Below are positions 47,728 to 60,000 of a stretch of 60,000 bases of DNA, piece by piece. The stretch lies in assembly GCF_963921235.1 (NCBI RefSeq), contig NC_086108.1, forward strand, positions 29,700,001 through 29,760,000, given 5' to 3'. The notes beneath the pieces are model-generated. The model ran no database searches and was not told the DNA's origin. It was given only the letters and a program-made list of their open reading frames with translations. The translations under genes were made by a program, and so were the position numbers. Position 1 is the stretch's first letter; each line of letters begins with the position of its first letter. Source of the stretch: Mobula hypostoma. Taxonomy: Eukaryota.

Positions 47728-50216
47728 TTTTTTTTAATAATAATTTTTATTGAGTTTTCAAAAAGAATACATGAAAGATAAAATCTACCCTCCCCTTCCC
47801 CTTAACCCTCCCCCCCCCATATATAGTCCTACCTAAAATGAAGAAGAGAAAAAAAAAGAGCCGCCTGGGTATTGGAAGGTTTCCACATGCTCCATGGGAT
47901 TCAAAATAAATGTGGTATAATTATTCGTTACTTTCCCCAAGGGACCAAGATCTTTTTTGGAGCACTTAAATATGCCATCCTATCTTTTGTAAATAAGGGC
48001 GCCAAATATTCAAAAATGTTACATATTTATCTCTTAAATTATAAGTAATTTTTTCGAGTGGAATAGAACTAGCCATTTCATTATTCCAACGATCCATACT
48101 TAAATACGAATCAGATTTCCAAGTAACTGCTATAGTCTTCTTAGCTACTGCCAATGCAATTTTTATAAATTCTTTTTGATATTTATTCAATTAAATTTCG
48201 GTTTTATCCCTTCAATATCACCTAATAGAAATAATACAGGGTTATGTGGAAGTTGAATTCCAGTAATTTGTTCCAATAAGATTCTTAAATTTATCCAAAA
48301 GGGTTGAATTTTAAAACAAGACCAAGTAGAATGTAAAAAAAGTACCAATTTCTTGATTACACCAAAAGCATTTATCGGATAGATTTAAATTTAATCTATT
48401 TATTTTTTGTGGTGTAATATATAATTGGTGTAAAAAATTATATTGTACTAATCTAAGTTGAACATTTATTGTATTTGTCATACTGTCAAGACAAAATCTT
48501 GACCAATTTGTTTCATCAATATTAATATTCAGATCTGTTTCCCATTTTTGCTTTGACTTATGGATTCCTTGTTTAATTGTCTGTTCTTGAATCAAATTAT
48601 ACATACAAGAAATAAATTTTTTAATTTTCCCTTTTTGAATTAAAATTTCAATTTCATTAGGTTTTGGCAAAAACATTGTTTGACCCAGCTTACCTTTTAA
48701 GTAAGCCCTTAATTGAAGGTAACAAAAGAAAGTATTATTTGATATTTTATATTTATCCTTTAATTGTTCAAATGACATCAATATACCTCGTTCATAACAA
48801 TCTCCTATAAATTTAATCCCTTTTTGGTACCAATTATATAAAAGTTGATTGTCCATTGTAAAAGGAATAAGTCTGTTTTGGAACAAAGGTCTCCTTGCTA
48901 ATAGAGATTTCTGTGTTTCATTATCAACATTTATCTTATTCCATAGATCAATCAAATGTGTTAATATAGGAGATTCTTTCTTTTCCCGTATCCATTTAGA
49001 TTCCCATTTATATATAAAATCTTCAGGTCTATTTTCTCCTATCTTGTCTAATTCTATTTTAATCCATGCTGGTTTTCAATCATCGAAGAAAGATGCAATA
49101 AATCTAAGTTGATTTGCTTTATAATAATTTTTAAAGTTTGGAAGTTGTAACCCTCCTAACCCAAATTTACATGTCAATTTTTCCAATGATATTCTTGACA
49201 TTTTACCTTTCCAAAGAAATTTTCTCACACATTTATTTAACTCTTGAAAAAATTTCTGTGGCAGTTGTATTGGTAATGTTTGAAACAAATACTGTAATCT
49301 AGGAAATATATTCATTTTTACAACATTGACTCTACTTACTAATGTTATTGGTAATATCATCCATTTGTCAAAATCTTCTTGAATTTTTTTCAATAGTGGT
49401 AAATAATTAAATTTATATAAATTCTTTACATCATTATCACGTCTTATACCTAAATACTTTATACCATTTACCGGCCATCTAAATTGGGTTACTAATCGAC
49501 ATTGACTATAGTCTCCTTCAGTAAGAGGTAAAATTTCACTTTTATCCCAGTTTATTTTGTAACCTGATACCTTCCCATATTCATCCAATCTAGAAGATAA
49601 TTTATGTAACGAATGTTGTTGGTTTGTTAAGTAGATCAAAACATCATCGGCAAAAAGATTAATTTTATATTCCTCCTGATTAACTCTAAAACCCATAATA
49701 TCTGGATCAATTCTGATTAGTTCTGCTAATAGCTCTATCGCCAGTACAAATAAAGCAGGTGATAATGGACAACCTTGTCTAGTTGACCTTTTTAACTGGA
49801 ATGGTGTTGAAATTTGAGAATTTGTCACTACTTTAGCCTTCGGGTTAGAATTTAAAGTTTTAATCCAATTTATAAAAGATGTTCCTAACCCATATTTTTC
49901 TAATACTTTAAATAAAAAATCCCATTCTAATCTATCAAATGCTTTTTCTGCATCCAAGGCTACTACTATACTCTTCTCGTCCCTTTTTTGTGCCAAATGA
50001 ATTATACTGAGTAGCCGGGTTACATTATCTGCCAATTGTCTATTTTTAATAAATCCTGTTTGATCCATATGTATTAATTTTAGTAAATATTTAGATAATC
50101 TATTCGATAAAATTTTTGCTATTATTTTGTAATCCATATTCAATAGAGAAATAGACCTGTATGATGTTGGTTTCATAGGGTCTCTGTCTGTCTTTTTTTG
50201 GCAATACTATTACAAT
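47728..50216 (-). mobile_element. 5'-truncated L1-clade LINE (ORF2 RT to C-terminus, polyA tail), perfect 16-bp TSD
   Basis: YRSISLLN..DQTGFIKNR..LDAEKAFDRLEW..TRQGCPLSP..LFADD..YLGI, a C-terminal CxxC knuckle, and poly-T at 47728. TSD gatggaaaagaaatct at 47712-47727 and 50217-50232. Confidence 0.95.
49076..50176 (-). pseudogene. L1 ORF2 reverse transcriptase domain (open for 366 aa)
   Basis: Non-LTR RT motifs are present without stops. Frameshifted continuation at 48955-47966. Confidence 0.9.
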
Positions 50217-50274
50217 GATGGAAAAGAAATCTGAGTAAATGTAAGAAACTAGGAGAGGCAAAAATCGTTGATAA

Positions 50275-50565
50275 CATGCACAACATTGGAGGAGCTCAGC
50301 AAATCAGGCAGCATCTATGGAGGGGAATAAACAGTTGATGTTTCAGGCCAAGACCGTTCATCGTGACTGGAAAAGGTGGCAGAAGTTGGAATAAGAAGTC
50401 CGGGGAGGGGATGGAGTACAAGCTATCGGGCAAGTCCAGGTGCGGGAAGGAGTGATGAAGTTGGGAGGGGATGGGCGGAAGAGGTAAAAGGCTGAAGAAG
50501 GAATCTAATACGAAAGGATAGTTGGCCATAGAAGAAAGGGCAGGAGGAGGGGAAACAGAAGGAAG
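50275..50565 (-). mobile_element. PLE terminal fragment
   Basis: ggaggagctcagc..gcagcatctatgg..cagttgatgtttcaggccaagaccgttcatcgtgactgg. Confidence 0.8.
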
Positions 50566-50811
50566 TAATAGAAACACTTCTTTATCACACTTGCTGAGGT
50601 GGTAATTATGGCGTATGAGAGGGGAGGAGGGTGAAGAAATGCCTGAAAGGCTAGGCAGATCGAAGGAGTTTGAAGAGGCATTGGGACAGCTCTAGGAGCA
50701 ATGAACAATAGAAACAACTTGTGAAAGGGGTGGTTACATCATGTGTAATGGCATGCAGTGAATCAGCGATCTTGCATTACGGGATAAACACTGGGGGGAG
50801 GAAGTGGTTTG

Positions 50812-51070
50812 TTTAGTGGTACAGCACAGAGTAGGCCATTGTAGCCCTTCGAGCCACACCGCCCCGGCAAACACAATTAACCCTAACCTAATCATGGGAC
50901 AATTTACAGACTAATTAACTTAGTCTTTGGATTGTGGGTGGAAACCGGAGGACCAGAGAAAACCCACGCATAAAGAGATTCGTTACAGAATGGTGCCAGA
51001 ATCGAACTCTGAACTCCAGAACACCTCCAGCTGTATTAGCATTGCACTAACGATACACTACCATAGTGCC
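50812..51070 (-). mobile_element. V-SINE
   Basis: tctttggattgtgggtggaaaccggag..aaacccacgca..agaatcgaactc..gcactaacgatacactacc. Confidence 0.75.
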
Positions 51071-51074
51071 CTAG

Positions 51075-52558
51075 ATTTGATTTGGGATTTTTTTGATACT
51101 GATTAACAGAAAAAGACAATTTCATGTCAAAGTAAAAACAGATCTTTACAAAGTGATCTAAATTAATTACAAATATAAAACACAAAATAATTGATTGAAT
51201 GATTACTCACCACGTTCAAGTTAGTATTTAGTAGAAGCACTTTTGGCAGCAATTACACCCTTAAGTCTGTGTGGATAGGTGTCTATCAGCTTTGCACATC
51301 AGGACACTGCAATTTTTCCCTATTCTTTTTACAAAACTTCTCAAGCTCTGTCAGATTGCATGGGGATCATGAGTGATTGAGATCTGGACTCTGACTTGGC
51401 CACTCCAGGATATTAACTTTGTTTTTAAGCCATTCCTGTGTAGCTTTGGCTTTATGTTTTGGGTCATCGTCTTTCTGGGAAACAAATCTTCACCCAAGTC
51501 GCAGTTCTCTTGCAGATTGCATCAAGTTTTCTTCCAGTATTTCCCTGTATTTTGCTGCATTCATTTTACCCTCTACCTTCACAAGCCTTCCAAAGGCCTG
51601 TTGCAGAGAAGCAACCCCACAGCATGATGCCGCCACCAGCATGCTTCACAATAAGGATGGTGTGTTTTTGATGTTTAGTCTCTCGGCCGAAAAGCTCAAT
51701 TTTGGTTTTGTCAAACCATGAGCCGCCTTCCAGCCGACTTCAGAGTCTCCCACATGCTTTCTGGCAAGCTCTAGCTGAGATTACATGTGAGTTTATTTTT
51801 CCAACAGTGGCTTTCTCTTTGCCACTCTCCCATAAAGCTATGACTGGTGAAGCACCCGGGCAACAGTTGCTGTGTGTGCAGTCTCTCCCATCTTAGCCAC
51901 TGAAGCTTGCAACTCCTCCAGCATTATCACAGGTCTCTTGGTGGCCTCCCTCACTAGTCCCCTTCTTGCACGGTCACTCAGTTTTTGAGGACGGCCTGCT
52001 CGAGGCAGATTTACAGCTGTGCCATATTCTTTCCATTTCTTGATGAGTGACTTAACTGTACTCCAAGGGATATTTAATGATTTGGAAATTTTCTTGTATC
52101 CATCTCCTGACTTGTGCTTTCCAATATCCTTTTCAGAGTTGCTTAGAGTATTCTTTTGTCTTCATAGTGCAGTTTTTGCCAGAATACTGGCTCAGCAGCA
52201 GTTGGACATTTCAGATACAGGCATATTATTACCACAACTAATTGGGCCACTTCGACTGCACACAGGTCTCCAAAGACGGATCTCCATTTGATTAATTATG
52301 TGACTTGTAAAGCCAGATGGCTGTACCAGTGATGACTTGCTGTGTCATATTACGGGTGAATACCTATGTAATCAATTTCTTTGTGTTTTTTATTTGTAAT
52401 TAATTTGGATCACTTCATAGAGATCTGTTTTCACTTTGACATGAAAGTCTTTTTCTATTGATCAGTGTCAGAAAAGCCAAATTAAATCCACTATGATTCA
52501 AAGTTGTAAAATAATAAAACAGAACTTCTAAGGGGGAGAATACTTTTTACAGGCACTG
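51075..52558 (-). mobile_element. Tc1/mariner transposon, decayed, with long (about 200 bp) inverted repeats; outer left end missing
   Basis: Right end tacttttacaggcactg+TA. 51075-51212 is the inverse of about 52355-52490. The transposase from 52165 (-) reads MKTKEYSKQL..HKSGDGYKKISKSLNIPWSTVKSLIKKWKEYG..LPRAGRP. Confidence 0.9.
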
Positions 52559-52575
52559 TAATACATAAATTACCA

Positions 52576-52638
52576 CAGTACTGTGCAAATGTCTTGGGTA
52601 TGATATATATATTTTTTAAAGACTTTTTCATAGTTCTG
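52576..52638. mobile_element. Tiny Tc1-type MITE
   Basis: cagtactgtgcaaatgtctt ... aagactttttcatagttctg+TA inverted termini around an AT spacer. Confidence 0.55.
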
Positions 52639-54194
52639 TACATTGGACATGAGTGAAGCATGAATATTGTGACACAATTACATTGGCAAGAGGGGAAAAT
52701 TCTCATTAAAAATTACCTTTTTGGGTTCATCTGCAGATAAATGAGTTTTTCAAAAGCACTTGTCTAACATCTCAGTGAAAACCTTTTCTGAAGATGTAAA
52801 AGCTCCATTGGGAAAGTGAATATTGTCTTTATTCCATGTCTATTTCTCAATGTTGTGAAGGGGCATATAAACTGCAAGAATAAGATTCTAAAATGAGCTG
52901 TCTGGAGTGATATATAATGTCCCAGGGAAATGGTGATGATAGAAATTGTTACTTCAGGGAGTGTATTTGATGTTAAACTTCATTTTCTCTAAAATACTGA
53001 GTTTGGAATTCCCAGGCACGCTGCCTCCCTACCCATGATAGCTAGATAAAGCCAGTAACAACCTAATCTGCCCTCAGATCACTTTTTGGTATCTTACTGA
53101 GCCATGCCTCTCTCCCTTGTTGGTCGTGAAAGCTGTCAATTCAATTGTTTGAGTGTCTGATTCAAACGTTTAAAAACTTGTTACAGTCTTCAGTAAATTA
53201 AAGTGTAAATTCTAGGAAGCACATGGTAGCTCTTAAAATGAATGTATTTGCTTGAACCCTGTTATTGCCACACTTCAGTTCTGCCCTTTAACCTGTGCAT
53301 GAGGGGGAAGATCTGCAATTCCTGTATGAATTGTGCAACGTTATTGCTGGTAGTTGTATATTAATTCTGGAGAAGTTGGATAGAGGAAATCCGTGATGGA
53401 TTTAAGATGGAGACTGTGAAATATGATATGTGCCAAATTAATACTTTGGGGAAAATTATGTGGTGTAAATAGAACTCTGGACGTGAGAACTAGACTGGCA
53501 TTCACTTGTGGAGCCGGAATTTATCAAATGCTTCCCACTGCTGGGGCAGTTCTAAGACAGCAGCATTGTTGATGTGCGGATCTGAAATGCTTTGATTTTC
53601 CTCAGTGTCTCTCTGAAACGCACTTCAATGACGTGTGACAAAACTCCTTCCTTTGTCCCATTCTAGTCAAATCTCCATCACTTGTGGTGAAGGGAGGGAG
53701 TATGTAGTACTGTTGGTCTGACTGAAGTTCTTTCTAAGTGGAACTTCCTGTCCTGTTCATTTAATTTTAGTACTTGTTAAAAACATCAATTGTGCAACCT
53801 GTTCCTGCTTTTATCTTTCGATACTTGTAGGTAGGGGAGAGAACATGTGTAAAAGCTGAGAATTTGGAGAGTATTTAAATGAAATCCATTTAACTTGCAA
53901 ATTAACAAAGATCTAAGAAAAACTACTTGGGGATATTTCAATTTGTACTGTATATAGAAAGGTTTACAAAATTAATAACACTATTTGGAGGGGTGTGGGG
54001 TGAGCAGAAGAATTAAATTGATACTTACTAGAGACTTCATTTTAATCTGTCATTAGGTCTTCCTTGATGCCATAATACTCCCAAGTTAGTGGTGCCCTCT
54101 TGCCTTAAGGTACAGCTATCCCAGGAATGTCTTGGCAACAGCATTCTTCACATTGCTTTGTACATTTTGTTCAAATGGTAAGCTGATGCTGTTT

Positions 54195-56270
54195 AATGCA
54201 CAAAATACTCCAAGAACTCAATAGGTCAGGCAACATCTATGAAATGAATAAACAGTCTGTTTTGGGCTGAAGCCCTTCTCCAGGACTGGAAAGGAACGGG
54301 GAAGACGCCAGCATAAAAAGAAAAGGTGAAGGAGGACGAGCTAGAAGGTGATAGGTGAAGCCAGATTAGTGATAAAGGTAATGGGCTGGAGAAGGAACCT
54401 GATGGTCATTGAGGCATCCTGTTCTATCACCCAGAAACACACAGATCCACAGTGAGGAAGTGTTTCAAAAGGTTGGTGATGAAATCTATCAACTCCTGCC
54501 TGAGAATTGACTTAGATCTGCTCCAATTTGCCTACCGGTACAACAGATCCACAACTGATGCCAGCTCATTGGCTCTTCATTCAACCCTGGAACACCTGGA
54601 CAGCAAAAATGCGTACATCAGAATGCTCTCTATCAATTACAGCTCAATGCCATCATCCCCCCAAAACTATTCAATTGGCTTCAATATCTTGACCCCAATA
54701 CCTCCTTGTGCAATTGGATCCTGAATTTCATCACTTGCAGACCCCAGTCAGTTCAGATTGGCAACAACATCTCCATGGTCCCCATCAGTGCACCGTAAGA
54801 CTGTGTTTAGTCCCCTGTTCTACTTGCTTTATACTTGTGACTGCGTGGTTAAGCACAGCTTCAGTGCCATATTCAGGTTTGCTGATGACACCACAGTCAT
54901 AGGCCCAATGAAAGATGATGAATCAGCTTACAGGACAGAGATTGAAAATCTGGCAGAGTGGTGTCATAACAGCATCATCTGACACCAATGTCAGCAAGAC
55001 CAAGGAGATGATTATAGACTTCAAGAAAAGGAAATCACAAATCCATGAGCCAGTCCTCAGAGAAGGATCAGAGGTGGAGAGGGTTCGCAACTTTAAATTC
55101 CTAAAGTGCTATTATTTCAGAGGACTAGTCCTTGTGTGCAATTACAAAGAAACCACAGCAGCACCTCTACTTCCTTAGGAGTTTGTAGAAATTTAGTATG
55201 ATCTGTAAAACTTTAACGAGCTTCTGTAGAGAGTATGTTGAGTGGCGGCATCACAGCCTAGCTTGGAATGAAACACTCCAGCGGGAAAGTGGCATCCATC
55301 ATCAGGTACACCCCCCCCCCCGCCCACCACCACCACCAGACGGAGGGCTCTTTCTCACTGCTGCCATCAGTAAGAAGAGCTTTGGGACTCCCAACACCAG
55401 GTTCAGGTACAGTTACTACCCCTCAACCATCAGGCTCTTGAACCAAATGGGATAATTTCAATCAACTTCACTTGCCCCTTCTTCGAAGTGTTCCCACACC
55501 AAACGGACTCACTTTCAAGGACTCTTCATCTCAGGTTCTTGATATTTATTGCTTATTTATAGCTTTTGTTGCATTTGCACAGTTTGTCTTCTGCATGCTG
55601 AACACCCTAGACGGACGGTCTTTCATTGAATCTGATATAGTTATTCTATAGATTTATTGAGTATGTATGCTCACGAAAAAATGAATCTCTGGTTGTATAT
55701 GGTGACATGCATTTACTTCTGATAAAATTTACTTTGAGGAGAGTGGACCATGGGAGAGAGGGAAGGAGAAGGAGCATCAGGGGAAAGAGAGAAGGGGCCA
55801 GAGTGGGGAATACAAGAAGGGGGAGGGGAAAAATTACTGGAAAGAGAATTTGATGTTCATGCCATCGGGTTGGCGGTGACCTAGACAGAATGAGGTATTG
55901 CTTCTCCACCCTGAGAGTGGCCTCATTGTGGCAAAGGAGGAGACCATGGACCAACAGGTCAGAATGAGAATGGAGATGGGAATTAAAATAATTGGCCACT
56001 GGGGAAATTGCACTTTGGGTGGATGGAGCAGAGGTGCTTGACAACCAGTCCCCTAATTTACACTGGGTCACAAAATGTAGAGAAGGCCACATTGGGATTA
56101 CAGGATGTAATAGACAACCCGAACAGATTCGTAGGTAAAGTGTTGATTCAACTGGAAGGTCTGGTTGGGGCTCTGAATAGAGGTAAGGGAGGAGGTGAAT
56201 GGGCAGGTGTAGCATTTGTCACTTGTGGGGGGCATGTGAGTCTTGTAGGAGGGATGAATAGACAAGTGAA
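54195..56270 (-). mobile_element. Penelope-like element split by a Rex1 insertion (pieces 54195-54405 and 55738-56270)
   Basis: ggagaaggaacctgat at the left resumes as ggagagtggaccatggg at 55738. GIY-YIG remnant SPVANYFNSHLHSHSDLLVHGLLLCHNEATLRVEKQYLI. Confidence 0.8.
54440..55737 (+). mobile_element. 5'-truncated Rex1/Babar LINE
   Basis: [56 protein letters not shown] and RYSYYPSTIRLLN, plus the 3' UTR. Confidence 0.9.
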
Positions 56271-58839
56271 TCAGATGGTGCTGATGCTGTTTGTTATAAC
56301 ATTTCTTCCACTTTTCAACATCAGTTTTTGTTTTCCTTACCCTCCCCCAATTACACATTCATCTGTTTTAACTGACCTTGTGAAGCACTCGTGCATCAGT
56401 TGAACCATTTATGGTCAGTTTAATTCTCTGTAAAAGAACACTAAAATGACCCTCATCTGCATTTTGTTGGCTTCTGCCTATTAACCGTATTCTTAATCAC
56501 ACAATTTCATTTGGAATTGGAGAAGGAAGAGTTGACAGGACATGGAGCAATCTTGATATTTGCAAACAAGCATATGATCAATAATGCAGGAATGTTGTCA
56601 TTTGTAAGATGAGTTTACATCAGAAACAACCAGTACTTCAAATCTTAAACTCTCAATTGGCTTCCATTTTAGGTTTGAATAATCATTAATGTGGTTTGCA
56701 GATGTTCATTTGAGTTACCAGAAGCTTTTGAATGCTGCCGTTTTGAACAAATTGTCATAGGAATGTTGGGCAGATGAGCAGATTGAACAAGCTGCCAGAT
56801 TTTTTTTTCCATTCTGGCATATTGTTTTGGAATAGAGGGTCGGCTGATTTTCTGAAGATTCAGATCAGAGCTAATAATGAAAAATGTCACTTTCTCAAAC
56901 TTTGTGATTGGGTTGCTGTTTCAAATATACAAAAAACAATTCTGGTCTTGCATTTTTCTATTTCAGTTTGAAATTCTGAGCTGCTGGCTACTTACACAAG
57001 TTCAGCTAATTGCTAATCTATAGTCCGGGCCACATTTGAAGGAATTACTGAATGCTGGGCTGTTGTGGCTTCATTTTATTCAATCATGATGAGATCATGG
57101 TTAAAAATCGGGATATTAATTGGAAAGTTAGTTCTTTACAGCAGCATGTATGGTCATCAGTCCGCTGGATCTGACCTTGGCAGATTTCCCAGGTTCACTG
57201 AGTTATTCAATACCTGAACTCAGAAATGCTGTAGCTAGTTGTAAATTTAATGAGAGTTTTGTGGATTTTTTTTTACTACTTGCCAATATTGAAACTACTC
57301 TTTCATTGTTTATTCAAAGCAAATGTGTAGAATGCAACCGGCATGGACCTTTGACTTAAAATATGCAAATCTGTATGTCAGAACTACTGCCCACAATATA
57401 CATTATATGCATGTGAATTGCTATAATATTGTGCTTCGTACTCTTCCTGAACTGATAGACTGAATTTTGCAATGAGCTTTCTGGGCCTGTGTGGGGAGCC
57501 AGAGAGTGCTGGGCTCCAAGGTTTTTAGAGAAACTGAATTGGTTAATTATTTAATAAGAGTTGTTAATCGTTAGAGTTCTTTGTGTTTTTCTTGAGTGAC
57601 TCGCTCTTTGTAATATGGTCTCCGGGTGGTTTCTCTTTAAATTTAAGTTTATTTTGATAGGCTCAGGAATTCTGTGTCCTATTACCTAAGCAGACACCCG
57701 ATTAGAGCTAATCAGTGTCTTAGTTTTGAAAATGTTAAATTTCGTGGTATCACTCAGCCGAGCCACCAATGATCTGTCAGAATTCTGATGAATAAACTTT
57801 GGTCACCATCTCTACATGGGAGTCTATCTTTTCTCCACATTTGGATTCCAACATTGCCAGTGCACATCATGACAAGTTTTGTCTCCAGGCAAGACTGATT
57901 CTAATGGTTTTCCATTTGATGCTGAACACATGCTATAGGTATCTGCTGCTCAGCTGACATCATCTTCTGGTCTTCAGAATTTTGTGTTTGAGTAGTTGAT
58001 CCATTTCTTAGTAGTCCTATTGGATTCTTAAGTAAATGGAGCCACTTACAAAATGAAGAATCCGAATACAAATCCATGTAATTTTCAAATACAAAATTGT
58101 TGCTCTTTAATTGTATCCAGAAGCATATAGTGAAAATTTGTTTTAGTTTTGCTGGGAAAGGCTAGCATAGAAGCCTGAAAAGACTATGTAAATTTTGGCA
58201 GCTGGTACTTCTAAATGTAATACGAGCCAGGAACTGTTTTTTATGAGCCATCTGAAGTTTGTTTGGTCTTACAATGCAAACATTTACTTCAGGATTTCCT
58301 TTGACATGAGGGAGTGTTATTAAGTTATTGTAATAAACAGGAGATGCAGATGGGGAAAAAATTCACAGTAATATGTGAAGTATATCTATCCAAGATGGTC
58401 TGTGTTTGTTTTCCCTCTTGGTGCTTCATTGATAGTGGTAGTCCTAACGGTTAACTGTTCAGAAAGTATTGATCAAAAGTGTGCTTTTTTTTAAAAAGGA
58501 GCAGGATCTCCAAATCCTATTTGTGAAGCAAAATGGCTTGTAATCCACCATGTGTAGAACAATTGAAAGTTATTTTTGGTTCCGAGTTGTGAAGGAATGA
58601 AGATGACACTTTCTAATATGCATATCCGGCAGTTAACATTTCTCGAGTTGCAGCTCCCACAGTGCGGTTACATTAAGAGAAACAATGTAATTTGAACAGG
58701 AATATTGAAGTAAAAGATTATATATTCCCTCAGATCTGGAGTTTATTCCTGATCCTTGATTAACTTCCAATAGCTTCATGCTTGGGTATTGAGGAGCCAG
58801 AGCAGATCAATGTGAAGATCAAGATGAAGGTTCAGTTGC

Positions 58840-59097
58840 AACATTCTAAGAGGAGTTTGGATAGATACATGAACTTCCTTAGTCAGAAGATGGTGAATGT
58901 ACGGAATTTGTTGTCACAGGCAGCCGTGGAGGCCAAGTCATTGAGTACATTTAAGGCAGAGGTTGATAAATTCTTGATTATGAAGGGTTATGAGGAGAAG
59001 GCAGGAGATTGCAGCTGAGAGGGAAATGAATTAGCCATGCTGGAGCAGGCTCTGGGCTGAATAGCCTATTCTGCTCCTATAGCTTATGGTCTTATTA
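58840..59097 (+). mobile_element. CR1 3' end fragments
   Basis: QKMVNVRNLLSQAAVEAKSLSTFKAEVDKFL and gcctattctgctcctatagcttatggtctt. Confidence 0.85.
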
Positions 59098-59260
59098 GAG
59101 GTTTGGAAGGCTACTGTCAGAGCAGCTAATATGAGGATCCAGCTAAGGTGAATCAAACTTGACTCAGTTTTCCAAAACTGATGTGATAACTTGCGAGTAG
59201 TTAGTTTTGATCATGAAATATTAACTTGGACAAAGGCAATCATGATACTTGTACATCAAA

Positions 59261-59893
59261 GGGAGGGAGGAGAAAATGGCAGTGCGATGCAGCGCGCGCA
59301 GCCATTCTGAATGATAGCAATACGTGTAACTAGGGGGCCGTGCACAATCTGGAGACAGCCGTGAGAAGTGCAGAGGAACATCTGGAGTAACTTCTGAAAT
59401 GCCTGCTTCGCTGTTGCTGCTACTGTGCGATCGAGAATCTCCGGAGACGAAGGCCCCAATTCCTCAGCTTTGCGTATCGCCTGTTGCCGGGGCCAGGGTT
59501 GGAATGCTCGGCAGAGATGGTGCTCTGTGCTCGGTGTCGGGAGGTGGTCGGAGGCTCGGAGTTTTTCGGACAGACTTGGAGTCGGACTGTGGTTGGATGC
59601 TTCCAGGATGCTGCACCCGCAAGTTGGCGGCACTGGATGTTTACCGTCTGCGTGAGATGATGGGACTTTTGAGAGACTTTGAGACTTTTACTGTGCCATG
59701 GTCTGTTATGAAATTACGGTATTACTTTGCGCTGTTGTAACTATATGTTATAATTATGTGGTTTTTGTTTTTAAGTCGGTTTGTTATGTGTTTTCATGAT
59801 ATCATTCTGGAAAAACATTTTATCATTTCTTAATGCATGCATTACTAAATGATGATAAAAGGGGACTGTGTGTCCTCATAATCATAATCATAA
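59261..59893 (+). mobile_element. CpG-rich non-autonomous retroposon, copy 2
   Basis: Colinear with 38075-38743; (cataat)n tail. Confidence 0.8.
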
Positions 59894-60000
59894 ACACCTC
59901 AAATCACAAAGACACTCTAGACTATGTCTAGTCTGTGCCAGCCTGGTATATGTAGAATATGGAATAAGGTCGATGTTCTCATGGTACACTTGGAGATTGG

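Noticed and set aside
163..54290. Recurring repeat module considered as a CRISPR-like or tandem regulatory array
   Set aside because: The copies are dispersed, variable in length and attached to GIY-YIG remnants, so they are Penelope ends. The DNA is eukaryotic and there are no cas genes.
57784..57810. CTGATGA motif in unique sequence (also at about 6025)
   Set aside because: There is no downstream stem plus GAAA box, and no matching C/D pair with a terminal stem to support a hammerhead or snoRNA.

Overview
Vertebrate genomic DNA, most likely from a cartilaginous fish such as a ray or skate. This is inferred from the repeat content: CR1 LINEs with an esterase-bearing ORF1, V-SINEs, a Deu-type SINE and abundant Penelope-like ends. 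More than half the window is transposable-element debris: CR1, Rex1/Babar, RTE, L1-clade and Penelope-like (GIY-YIG) retroelements, plus Tc1 and hAT/Tigger MITEs. I recognise no complete host protein-coding gene. A CpG-rich segment at about 4.95-5.95 kb with a strong-Kozak ATG and a perfect CAG|GTGAGT donor looks like a first exon, so much of the rest may be one long intron. The highlights are: (1) Penelope ends carry minimal type-I hammerhead ribozyme motifs and recur as TSD-flanked fold-back insertions, with one intact ribozyme core at 42523-42560 (-); (2) an RTE element has a twin-priming-type 5' inversion, bracketed by a 14-bp TSD, inside a four-level nest (CR1>RTE>CR1>CR1) spanning 17.9-29 kb; (3) a young AT-rich L1 has a perfect 16-bp TSD; (4) there are two copies of a CpG-rich ~650-bp non-coding retroposon; (5) a hAT MITE appears to carry a captured Tigger-like segment. 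Family names come from recognised motifs, not from database searches.
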